From Octopus bimaculoides (taxonomy: Eukaryota), in assembly GCF_001194135.2 (NCBI RefSeq), contig NC_068985.1:16715911-16779910 (forward strand): a stretch of DNA of 64,000 nt, read 5' to 3'. Within the stretch, counting starts at the first letter, position 1, and every line of letters starts with the position of its first letter. The notes under the pieces are model-generated. The model made no database searches, had not been told where the DNA came from, and was given only the letters and a program-made list of their open reading frames with translations. Both the position numbers and the translations under genes were made by a program. Shown here piece after piece: positions 38,701 to 50,924 of this stretch.

Positions 38701-39655
38701 CGCGTGCATGGTAACATTGAATTGAATTCTCTCATCTGTTTGCTGCTAGATATCTTCGCTCCCAACAAACAGATAGACACACACACATCTATCTATCTAT
38801 CTATCTATCTATATATATNNNNNNNNNNNNNNNNNNNNNNNNNNNNNNNNNNNNNNNNNNNNNNNNNNNNNNNNNNNNNNNNNNNNNNNNNNNNNNNNNN
38901 NNNNNNNNNNNNNNNNNNNNNNNNNNNNNNNNNNNNNNNNNNNNNNNNNNNNNNNNNNNNNNNNNNNNNNNNNNNNNNNNNNNNNNNNNNNNNNNNNNNN
39001 NNNNNNNNNNNNNNNNNNNNNNNNNNNNNNNNNNNNNNNNNNNNNNNNNNNNNNNNNNNNNNNNNNNNATATATATATATATATATATATATATATAACG
39101 TTAATAAAAGAAATCTTGGGCTTATCTAGCACTTTGTACATAGTTCAGCGAACCGCTTCAGTCACGAATGACATTTAAATAGATTAGAAACCAAGCAATA
39201 AAGTACGAGTTCCAGCTATTAATTATTAAAAATTCTGTATTTTCTTCCTTAGAATAAATAAATTAAGCGAACTGAGGAGTTTCTTGTACGATTTTTGTCA
39301 AACGTTTGTGCTTACCGTATATATTTTTGAACTATTTGTGTATATTGTGGATGACAATCCACGTGTAATTTTAACACTCTCTTTAATTCAGTGATGTTAC
39401 TAAAGAAAATATTATTTAGCTGTTAGCTGAAATAAATACTTTACAATATTTATATGTATTTATTCTAACCTATCCGTTCATAGTTCTGAAAACTGCGGCA
39501 ATACTTTGGTCCTTGCCAGAACTTAAATAATTGCAGCCATTTTCTTCTATGTGGTATTTTATTTCACTTGAATTCATTTCCAGCAATAATCACCGACAAT
39601 TTCACGCCAAATATTTAGACCTGCTTTAGAAATTCCATCAGCAAGTCTGCAACAA

Positions 39656-39687
39656 ATGTTGCTTATATGCAATGACGAAAATATTTG
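39656..39687 (+). CDS. Candidate first coding segment MLLICNDENI(W/C) within exon 39584-39687
   Basis: ttcatttccag| acceptor, acaaATG context with an upstream in-frame stop, TTG|gtaaga donor. Confidence 0.3.
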
Positions 39688-42181
39688 GTAAGATGTATAT
39701 CTTGCAAGCATCTAATCGTTGTATGAAAGGCTGCAATTAATCTTCCAGTTCGGTTTTCACAGAGAGACATTTTAAACATATTTTCACTGCATTTCACACC
39801 TAATTTACACCAAGTTAAACTTTCCAATGAAGACATTCCTATTTTTCGAGATAGAGATTAAAAATAAAAACTATGTAATCTCTATATATCTTTTAGTTTT
39901 CTCCCGTTCTAAAAACACGTACTGTCTCATAGTTATACATATATTTATATATCTTTCACAATTTTATGTTGACGCTTTCTTCAAGTACGCCAAACTAAGT
40001 TTATTTCTATCTATATACTTCAAAATTATCTTTATTAATTAAAATATATAATTACAATGACCAACACCACATTACTTAGAAATGTGAGAGAGAGAGAGCT
40101 TTTGTTACATCAGCAATTTAGCAGGCCGGCTTCATTTATTGAACGTGTTGCTCCTAATTTTTTTTATTTATCACCGTTTACTCCATGAAACCCCCCCCCC
40201 CAAAAAAAAAAACAACCTAATGCTAAATCAGATACACACACATATATTGCATGTGTGTGTGTGTGGTGGATATATATATATATATATATATGACGGAGCG
40301 TATACTTTAAACTTCCTTTTAATGAGGGGGTAAAAATGTCAAAAATGCTAGCACCATATATAATCTATCTATCATTTATATCAACCAAGTAAATTAATTT
40401 CCTTTCTCTCTGACCGGTATTTCTTGTATAAAGTTTCTTTTAATGATGTCACACTACTTGGTACCCAGTAGCCACATAAGTGATAGTCTGAGAATATTTT
40501 TTCCTCTCATTCTTCGGGCGTGTTCTCTTAACGGCTTTCCTGTAGCTATATTTTTAGTTGCCGCCAGCTATATGACCGCATTCTCTTACATTAAAAATCC
40601 TGTTATTTGCTTAATGGAGTTTCTTACACCGAAAGTCATGAATTATTTTCACACAGTTCCACTTTTTTTCATTTGGTTTCAACGACAGATTTCGATAATT
40701 AAACATTAATTGTAGAGTTCTTCAAAGACTGTTTGGTAAACACCATGAAATTGAATTGGTTATGTCTCACAGTCGAGGACTAGATTTTCCCTTTACCGAT
40801 TATCCTCTCTATTGAAGGGGAAAAAAATAAATTAACAAAACAAGAGTTTACATGACTCATCTGGTTGACACCTTTCTCTTTAAGTTGACATAGTTAACAA
40901 CATTGATAAGTTTATTGTGCAACAGAGTACATCATTTGTCACGGTTCATTTATAATTACCAAAGTGCTTCTCATTTAGTATTATGGCGATGACACAAGGA
41001 ATCGTATCAGTTTTTATGTCAATTTTAAAATTTAATAATCCAAGTATTCATAATTATATCTTTAAAATATGTAATGAAAAGTCTTACTTTTGACTCGAAA
41101 TGTTTATTTTTAATCATTGTGTAATGAATTTATGAACTTTGACGTTATTACTAAATTGAAAGAACAGTTTCTTTGAAGATTTAGTTCTTAGGGTTCCATT
41201 ATTGCCATATGTTGGTCTACAGAGCAGAGTACCGAGTTCTTGCTTTTATGCTGGAATGTTAGTGGTGTTGGTATTATATCCTATAATATAACCATAATTT
41301 GTCAGAAGTGAAATATTTTACTTGGAAATCGGTTTATAAATTAATATTCCATTCGAATTATGAAGAGAACTATTTTTGTGTGTGCGCTTTCATAATTATA
41401 AATATATACGATTTTATAAATGCAATATCTTGATGTCGTCAAATATCTTATTCAATGTGAATTAGAAAAATATAAGCAACAGAAACATCAGATTTAAAAT
41501 GCTAGAAATGTTTATAATTAGATTTTGCTTCACTTCATAAAATAATATAGAGATGTCTTTAATTTTAAAAATCATTGGTTGTGAATAGATTTTCATTTCT
41601 TTCTTGACCAAATTATGTCATTTCTATACTACATAAAACTAAGTTTGTAACTCAACAGCTGATTCCATCTTGGGCTGATACCCCTTCTTTGGACTGTCCC
41701 CCTTGTTTAGACTAGAAACTCCTTGAGAAATAAAAACATGGGAAAAGAAAATTAGACTAAATTATCTCCTTTTTTAGTAAACTTTTTCTATTTATGATTG
41801 AATAAATCTGTAATGATAGCTGCACTGGCAACGAGAGAGAGAGAGAGAGAGAGAGTCTCAATATTTCACCAATTGTGCATTTCAAGTGTTTCAGCCAAAG
41901 TACTTTCTTGGTCAGTTTATTTTGTTGCTAAAATTCAGCTGAGAGTATAACTCACCTGAGTCCCTAATTCAGAGTTTCTTTTTTTTTTCTCTCAGCAATG
42001 ATCAGTATAGCATATTTCTATTGTATTATTTGGATTATTTCCATGATTTTTTAACTGTTTATTCTTTTTAGGAATTCCTCTTAGATCAACAACTCCATGA
42101 ATGATTCTTTTTGAATAATACACATTTTATATTTAGCCTTTGAAAATTAGGTTTCTACAAATATATATATATATATATATT

Positions 42182-42450
42182 TGTTCTGTGCATGAGATAT
42201 ATATGCTGTGTCTATTATATTATTTTGCTCTTATATTAAGATGTTGGCACAACTTAGGCTTGTAATACTGCATCTCTCTATAAATCTTGAGCTTAGCTTG
42301 TCTGCGAGGCCAAATCTTCTTAGGCCATTTTAACTATTTCCTAAGTCTTTCTTGGTATATCTATGAACCTTGGTTTTCCCACCAATTTTTCATTTAACAT
42401 GCATTATCCATTTTCATACTAACTCAGTCGGTGACCTCACTTTTGTCAGA
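42182..42450. repeat. Left arm of local inverted duplication (partner 44348-44617)
   Basis: Manual alignment gives roughly 90-93% identity to the reverse complement of 44348-44617. Confidence 0.9.
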
Positions 42451-43560
42451 CTTTCTCTGCTGGCATGTATTTGACTGGAGTAAAACATGTGAACACTAGG
42501 TTTGTTGTTGTCAGATTTCACCTCATCACTTTCTCTGGTGTTTTAAAGTTATTTCTACTGTGGATATCATCTGTCCTTCATTCATTTACATTCTTAAGAA
42601 GCAGTTGTTCTTCCTTCCTTATGTATACTGAAGTAGTTGTCGTTTGTAAACTTATTAGCAAATACACTATCACTTTTTCAACTTCTGTCTGTTTTCTCAA
42701 TATGCCACATTCTGTGAACCTTACTCCATCTGCTGCAGAGCCTCTACTCTATTCTCTATGTAATATACTTCGCATATGTTGGTCTCATTTAGTTTTTGCA
42801 TGTAGAGAGGTCTTGCACTTGTCTCAACATCCATTGTGTAGGCTTAACCAGTTCCTCTCGGTGTACCTACTCTCCCAATGACATCTCAAGCCATTTCACA
42901 TTACAAAGTCTGTAGTGTTAGTCAGGACAAGCTCTGATTTGAAAACTTTTAGCTGTCTTTTAAGTTTCTCATCATAATGATGGTGTGAATGGAATTAAGA
43001 TCACCAAAATGGAGAAGAAATAAGTACCTAGTTAAGACCTGTCTTGATTTGTATCAAGGTTTCTTGAAATTTCAGTTTTGATAACAGAAAGTCTTTCTCA
43101 GGACTAGTGTACTGCACTCTTACTCTTCTAAAGTTGTTTGAAAGGATTGCATGCTTTTGTTGATATTGTTGTTTAGCTTCAGGTCAGGCCTGACTAAGCA
43201 AATCTGATCAAAAGCTTTACAGTTATGATCAGCCAGTGTCTTTTTTTTTTTTCAAGACGATAAAGTGTGATTTGAGGGACTATTTTGGAATTTCATAACC
43301 TTCATTTCCATTTTTGCTGCCTTGTATTGTGATTCTAGTGCATCTAGTTTCCTATCTGACTGCAGTATATCTCATCTTTTGTGTACTTACCTACTTCTTG
43401 CATGCTGAGCAAAGTGTATGCACTGTTATTCAACAGTAAACTAGACTTTGTCATGCTAACATTTTCAGGGTTTAAAAAAATTGTTTTGTACAGTTCAATA
43501 GATCCTGTTAAGAGAACTAGGTCATTAGCATAACATTTCATGAGCAATCAGTTTGTAACT
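42250..43560 (-). mobile_element. Fragmented RTE LINE fossil
   Basis: CYANDLVLL (YADD-like) at ~43500; RTE-like 3' region at 42250-42900; interrupted by family D. Confidence 0.6.
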
Positions 43561-44347
43561 TTTGGGGGATTGCCTTAAGCAAAATGAGAAGCCTTTTGAG
43601 GAGCTGACTCTGATGGATACTAACGTGTACACTGACCTCACTGCCTATCCTGATCTTACTCTAGCTTACTCAGACATAACCTATTTACAAATCACACCCT
43701 TTAACCACACCTTGCTTCGTCACTGACCACAATACTACTCGATATAGGCTGTGTTCCATACTTTATTTAGGTCAGTGAGTGTAAAGTAGAATTATTACTA
43801 TTTAGATAAGAACTTCTGAAATATGGCAACTGCATTATATTTTATCTTTTACTTGTTTCAGTCATTAGATACATTTTCGGTCAGTCAAATGTATCAACCC
43901 CAGTACTTGTATCTTAAAGCCTGGTACTTCTATCAGTCTCTTTTGCTGAACTTTTGTGAACATAAACACACCAGTGCTGGTTGTCAAGTAGTGTGGTGGA
44001 ACAAAGACACATTTATTTATATATGTATAGACACACACACACATACACACAACGGGCTTCTTTCAGTTTCCATCTACCAAATCCACTCACAAGGCTTTAG
44101 CTGGCCTGAGGTTATAGAAGATATTTGCCCAAGGTACCACACAGTGGGACTGAACCTGGAACCATGTGGTTGAGAAGCAAGCGTCTTAGCACACAGCCTT
44201 GCCTGCATCTATATATTCAAGTTAACTTTCAACCTTCTCTAATTTTTCTTTGACAGTTATAATTTACGATTTACACTTCTAAAGACTTCCCCCTCCCCCT
44301 CTCCTCAACTGAAGTAATAGCCTACAGATCCATTACACCCTTGTAAA

Positions 44348-44617
44348 TCTGACAAAAGTGAGGTCACCAACTGAATGAGTGATAATGGATAATGCATGCT
44401 AAATGAAAAACTGGTGGGAAAACCAATCTTCATAGATATACCAAGAGAGACTTAGGAAATAGTTAAAACAGCCTAAGAAGATTTGGTCTCACAGACAAGC
44501 TAAGCTCAAGATTTATAGAGAGATGCAGCATTACAAGCCTAAGTTGTGCCAACATCTTAATATCATAAGAGCAAAATAATATAATAGACACAGCATATAT
44601 ATTTCATGCACAGAACA
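44348..44617. repeat. Right arm of local inverted duplication
   Basis: Reverse complement aligns with 42182-42450 at roughly 90-93% identity. Confidence 0.9.
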
Positions 44618-44618
44618 T

Positions 44619-44658
<40 letters not shown>

Positions 44659-44659
44659 G

Positions 44660-44815
44660 TGTGAGAAGGGATGACCACTAAGTGGACATCCTTTATGCAA
44701 GAAATCGACCATCAACAGTCAAACCACAAAAGCCATTCTTTTCTTTTGTGGTTTGACTGTTGATGGTTGATTTCTAGCATAAAGGATGTTCACTTAGTGG
44801 TCATCCCTTCTCACA
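44660..44815. repeat. Near-perfect 73-bp hairpin (foldback/MITE-like)
   Basis: Arms 44660-44732 and 44743-44815, 10-nt loop, 3 differences (two G:U-compatible). Confidence 0.95.
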
Positions 44816-45019
44816 TGTAATGTAATATTTTTCTGAATTTTCTTTATGCTAGGCCACTGGTCTTAAATTGGTTAATTAAATTAATATCCAATTTATCACC
44901 TTTATTATATATATATATATGACTGCTATTTCTAAATTTTCAGTATGTTGGAGAAGCAACTCAATTGCTAATCCCTGTATATTTATAATGATAAATAGTT
45001 TATATATATATATATATAT

Positions 45020-46520
45020 AAAACAATGCATCCTCTTCTCCAAATCACAACATAGATTCAGATCTCTATATTCAATCACAACCCTACTCACAAATCTGCA
45101 AAATGCTTCCACATGTGCCAGTATACCTCCCATTAACATTAAGCAATGCTTTCACCTCTTTTTGCTGCTAGACAAAAATACTATCTGTAAAACACAAAAT
45201 GCTGAGTAACAACTGACCTGTCAAAGCCAACAAGTATATAGTGTACAAGAACACCACAACACTTCCAGAACTTACAAATTTCCCAAATGTAGTGCTATTT
45301 TCAACCTATACTTTCTTGACATTCCCACTTTCAACAAAACACAGATAGCCTTATACACAAATAATTTTATATTCACATCCTCTGACCATTCTTCAGACAC
45401 TTTTGTACAACTACAGCTCTACATAAATTGCCTAGAAACTGGTTTCTATAACAAGTTTAATGTAACACCTCCCAAATTCTTTGTCTTTTTGTTTTATTGT
45501 CAGCAACATCAAAGAGTATCAAATACACCCAACCATCAGACCCAATGACAAACATGCATTCATATGTTATCATCATCATCATATCACAATTGTTTTAATG
45601 TTTACTTTTCCTGCACGGTCAGATGGAATTTGTTGAAGTGGATTTATTATGCCCTGATGCTCTTCCTGTTGCCAACCCTCACCTTTTTCCAAGTAAAGTG
45701 GTATTTCCCCATGACAAGACATGTTTTTTTATGGAAGATTGGAAACAAAAGACACTGCTTGCATGCCAGTAATGTTTGTTTACAACCATCACATCATCTC
45801 AAGGCAAAGAGACAGTAATGCACACACACACATATAATTACACATAGACAATAGGTTTCTGTCGACCAAATCCATTCACAATTCTTTGGTAGGCCCAGGG
45901 TTATTGTAGAAGACACTTGTTTAAAGTGTCATGCAGCACAACTAAATCTAAAACCATGTGGCTGGGAAGCAAACTTCTTACTAGATAGCAGCTCTGGTAA
46001 AGATAACAAAACAGTGTACAAACATGAGTAACACGTTTGACCTACAGAAACAAAAATAATGGTGACTACATTGCCTCTATTGATCTTGTCATAACTTACT
46101 CAAATATAATCTGATTTACAAACACAAGCCATTTAACTACACCAGGCTGTGGCTACAAAAGTGTACATTAGATCCACCATGAACTATGCTTGCTCTACTT
46201 AGGCTTCAACCTCCATAATCACAAAACACAAAACAAAACAATATGCATCATGACAGCTTGTGTGCAGCCCACCTACACAAAATACTTAAAATGAAAGACC
46301 ATCTGGACATGTCTTCTTTAGAGTTTATTGCTGCATCAAACTCTGCATGGAAAACCACATTTAAACACCCATACACATGTACAATATCTTAGAGCACTAC
46401 AACAGCATCCTAAAATCGGCCACTCAGCTTAGATAAATCTCAATACACATTTGCACATGAAAATAGCTGCAACATTGTGATGGGATGTACACCACCAACA
46501 ATAAATGCAGAATAACTGCA
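45020..46520 (+). mobile_element. Old Jockey/I-like LINE RT remnant interrupted by SINEs
   Basis: A/C-rich; IALYTNNFIF (ALYADD-like), FNLYFLDIP and YIRSTMNYACST-like segments. Confidence 0.45.
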
Positions 46521-46827
46521 ACTATTACATTCTGGTTAAGTCCACCTTATATGCTTATGCTGTACTCACAACTAGTGTGTATGGACATGCAAGAATTGTG
46601 AACAGTAGAGAGGGTGTAGTATGTCCCAATTGACATGTGTGCCATTGGGATTGATCATTGCTTGTTAGAGTGTGTAGTACAGTCCTCAGCTAAATAGAAA
46701 CCTGGTGTAATAGGAAAGCTAGATCTTTGGGCTGTGTGTTGTCATTGTCAATTACCTGTGTGGTATAAAACTGCTTGATCAGGGTTCATCTGGGGCTAAA
46801 GATCAACAACAATAGCAACCAAGTTAA

Positions 46828-47044
46828 CCCTTTTGATGCCAACCCGCCTGAAACTACCTCTGGCTCTAGTACAAATGTCTTGTTTTCAAAAGTCCTGTAT
46901 TAAAATCTTCCAAACCTTAGTCACAATTTATGTTCCTAACACTAGCTTAATGATAACTAAGTTATTTTACTAATTTCTTGATTATGTTTAAAATTAATTG
47001 AAAGAAACACAGAGCATCTCAACAGAAATATGGTAACAAAAGGG
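46828..47044. mobile_element. piggyBac-type MITE
   Basis: TTAA|CCCTTTTG ... CAAAAGGG|TTAA. Confidence 0.9.
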
Positions 47045-47444
47045 TTAACCAATCTCTGGCTGCATTCTAGTTATTTACTTGAAACACATCAAGACTTTTC
47101 TATATCTTCTGTGCGATTCTTTTCATTGTCTCTAAGGGTAAGTGCTTCCATATCATTTCCTAATGAACTTATTCATAAAGATATGCAGTCTTGCAATTCT
47201 GTTTTCCATCTGAACCTTGTATTATTTGGCATTTTTTGAGGAAGTTTGATGTTTAGTTTTCTAATCAGTTTCTAGGTATTGTTCACTTATTTTACGACTT
47301 TACATTCCTTTCAAGATTGTCTCTTATTTTTTGTTGCTCTATCTTCTATACTTTTCCTATTACCAAGTTACCTTCTTCTTGACTGAGACTATGTTCTGGC
47401 TACAGCATTGCTTGGGGACAAGTTGTTCATTCTTTTGTCTAAAA

Positions 47445-47655
47445 CAGTGGTTCTCAACTGTGTTCCATGTAAGATTTTGTTAAAGTTTATGAGCAATAAA
47501 TTGGTTATACTTCTACAAAACACAAAATATTAAAAAATTTTTTTATATACAATTCCTAATTATGAAAATGTTTTTTTTTTTTATAAACATGTGGGTCCAG
47601 TAGAGTAAAATAGTAATCAATGGAGTCCATAGGCAAAAACGGTTGAGAACCACTG
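47445..47655. mobile_element. hAT (Charlie-like) MITE
   Basis: Perfect 14-bp TIR cagtggttctcaac; degenerate 8-bp flanks gtctaaaa / gcctaggt. Confidence 0.85.
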
Positions 47656-50465
47656 GCCTAGGTCAGTCTTTGTTGGGTTTTATGAATTATCTCCTGAGGA
47701 ATCTTGATCCTGATGAAGTGCGACTATGTTTCCAGCTGAATACTCTAAAAGCAGCTAAGTGTTTTACAAATTGCTCTATAATGCAGAACAAAAGATAGCA
47801 ATTGAAAATTCATCAAATGTAAGATGTTCAATCCTTTTGTTAGTTTTTCTTTTTGAGGAATTTTCATAAAATTTCATAACTGTTTGGATGTGCTTTTCTT
47901 TGCATGTTGAGGGAGGGAAAACTTAATGATTAAGGATCAAGGTTTACTGACCAAACTCTTCCATTTGTATTGTACACTTAAGATTAATTCCATTTGCTCA
48001 ATTTAACCTTAGATGAGCAAGAAGCAACATGGAAATGCTTGAAATCCATTTTAAATTACTACCTCAGATATTTTATATTTGTAGGAATGTATTGAAATTG
48101 CTTCAGTGTCTCTTTTTACATACATCAGAGAAATAGATTTCTATTATTCACAATGGTGGACTTTGTATTGTGAAGAAAAACCTTGTTTTAAGAAATGCAT
48201 GAAATCCTTAAGCAAAACATATCTTCATTTTGTAGCATGGATTCCATTTCATATAATTGTTAAGAACAGTTTCAGTGATTTATTTGTTCTGTATATGTCC
48301 AGTTTTAAGCATTCTGTAGACATATCCCAGAGGAGAGAGGAAAACATATCAAATAGCAATGAGGTTCAGTAATTTATGTGTATTGCCACTATGATCAACA
48401 TGTTAATTTTCTCTTTGGTTAAGCAGAATAATTAGTAATTTAGTGAAATGAATTTTTAAAAAATATAAAAGTAATATATATAATAGCAAATTCCCATGTT
48501 TCACATGATAGAATGTGGAGTGGAAATTGTAAAATACTTTTATGCTTGAATTTCATTTAAGCATGGGCATGGCTGTGTAGTAAGAAGTTTGCTTCCCAGC
48601 CACTTGATTTTGGGTTTAGTACCATTGTGGGTTATCTTAGGCAAGTGTCTTCCACTATATCCCTGGCCAACCAAAGCCTTGTCAGTACATCTGGTTGATG
48701 GAAACTGAAAGGAGCCCATAGTGTGTGTTACATTCTCCTTGCCTTGAGATCATGTGACAGTTGTCATCATTATGCAAATTGTGCCTTTCGTTACTAATCT
48801 TCTGTGAAAATGTTTGGATACCAGGAAATATTACCCCACTTGGAAACAAGTGCAGGTTGGCAACAGGAAAGGTGTCCAGCTGTAGAAAATCTGACTCAAC
48901 AAATTCCATCTGACCTATACAAGCTTAGAAAAGTGGATGTTAAAATGATTATGAAAATATCTTTAAAGGAAGGCATCATCAAAAGGATGAGTGATTTTCT
49001 TTCCTATTGTTGGATTGTTTAATTTAACAAAGTTCCTGAAATAGACAATAGCATTACTCATTAGTGCACTTACCACCATTCGTTGTCAACTGGATATTAT
49101 CTTATAATTTGGGTTGACTGTTCTATCTATAGTTGTGTATGTCGTTAATTAAAATATTGGCATTGAATTACTCTTAGTCATAGTGAACAGAAAAAGAAAA
49201 GTTTTGATTGGTAGTGGTTGATGAAGAATTTGTTGGTGGAAATTGAGACATTTAACTAAATAGTGCAAGCCACTACTGTCAGTAGAACCAAATAAATTAG
49301 GTACCACTGTTTTAGTTCTTTGTTGCATTACATGAGCATCTGTTCTGATGTCTCAGTAGCTGCCTTGAAGTGAGTGTGTCCATTTTGTTTTATAAATTCA
49401 GATTACTTATTTTTGGAAATTTTTGATTAACAGATCTGGACATTAAAGACTTAACCCAGCCTTATTTCAACAGGTCATATATAGTCAGGCTACAGGTTAT
49501 ATGAAAAAAAAAATGCATTAGAAATACAACATAAATCACATAAGTACACAAATATTTAGTTTTTTATTGGGTTTACTAGAAGTGCAAAATACATTCAAGT
49601 ACCAAACAGATTTGTAGAAAGAATTTTTCTTATTGTTTTTAGCTATTGACTTTTACATCAATATTACTTCCAATTATGTAACTAAATGGAGATTATCGAT
49701 ATTAATGTATATTCTACATCAGATTTTGTGCTTGTTTGAATTTCAAATTAGGTACTTATAGTGAATTATGAAGTCAGTTTAGTTTTCTCAAATGCTAGAA
49801 GATATTAAGCCAATAATTTTCCCGTTTTCTTATAGAAAGTTCAAAACAATGAGTGTGCCTGAAAGTAGACTGCTTAATATGTAACTTGAGCTTAAATATT
49901 AGCAAAAAAAAATTTTGAAGAAAAGATGGAAGTCACATCTTGAAAGTAGTTATGAGCTGTATAGAAATTAAGATAAGTATTGTGAGGATTTTTACAGGAA
50001 CTTGCCAGCTATTTATAGAAAATATTAAGATTGTACCCTGAAAAGATAATGATAATTTTCTCGAAAAAGAACCTGGTAAAAAAGATTAGTCCTAGACAAT
50101 AAAATAGACCTTTTAATATAATTATTCATTTATGCTTGCTCTTAGCTGACATAGAGTAAATAACATGATAATAATGAAATAAAAAATAAAATACACAGTT
50201 GAATATCACAATTTGCTGAACAATAGCATCATTCATTGTAGGTTTCTAATGAGCCAGTTACTGGTTCACTGTGTTTCCAATGGCAAGAATGGCATGGAAG
50301 TGTCTGTAACTCAGTGCAGAACAAATATCGCAAGGGACTTTGTGCAAGGGGAACTGGCTTTTTGTTTTCTCACTGTTGTCTGTATTCTTTGCCAGTGTAC
50401 AAATGCACACAAATATTAAATCACATTTAATATTCTTCAGAAATTTTTAAATTCATTCTTTTAAG

Positions 50466-50537
50466 TCTACAAGTCTACCTATCTCTCTGTATTCATTGAT
50501 GAAATCGATGCTCTGTGTTCTATCTCTCCAATTAAAA
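50466..50537 (+). CDS. Candidate 72-nt exon encoding YKSTYLSVFIDEIDALCSISPIK (AAA+ Walker-B-like)
   Basis: ttcattcttttaag| acceptor, AAAA|gtatgt donor; FIDEIDALC motif; no Walker A found nearby. Confidence 0.3.
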
Positions 50538-50924
50538 GTATGTGGTCTTTAAGCTTCTTGAGTCTTCATTAAGAAAATAGAGAGAAAGGTTTTATAGATG
50601 CACAAATTTGGGAGGAAATAAGATAAGCAGATGATTACAATTATTATTAAGCAGATTGCTAAATTTTTTTTTTTCCAATGCTCTAATGGTTCTACCAAAG
50701 TACATCCAGTCCATGCTATAAAGTGGTTAGTGATAGGAAGGACACTAGACTAATACAACCATGCCAAACCATAAGCCTCAGTCAGATACAACGAAAAGTG
50801 AAGTGATCAGGTGGGACCATCTGGCCATAAGATGTCATCAAGTAATTACACCAACTCTCTTATTTTCAGAAAATAGATATCAAGCAAGTCCCACACTACC
50901 ATAAAGTGCCTTCTTGTATAAAAT

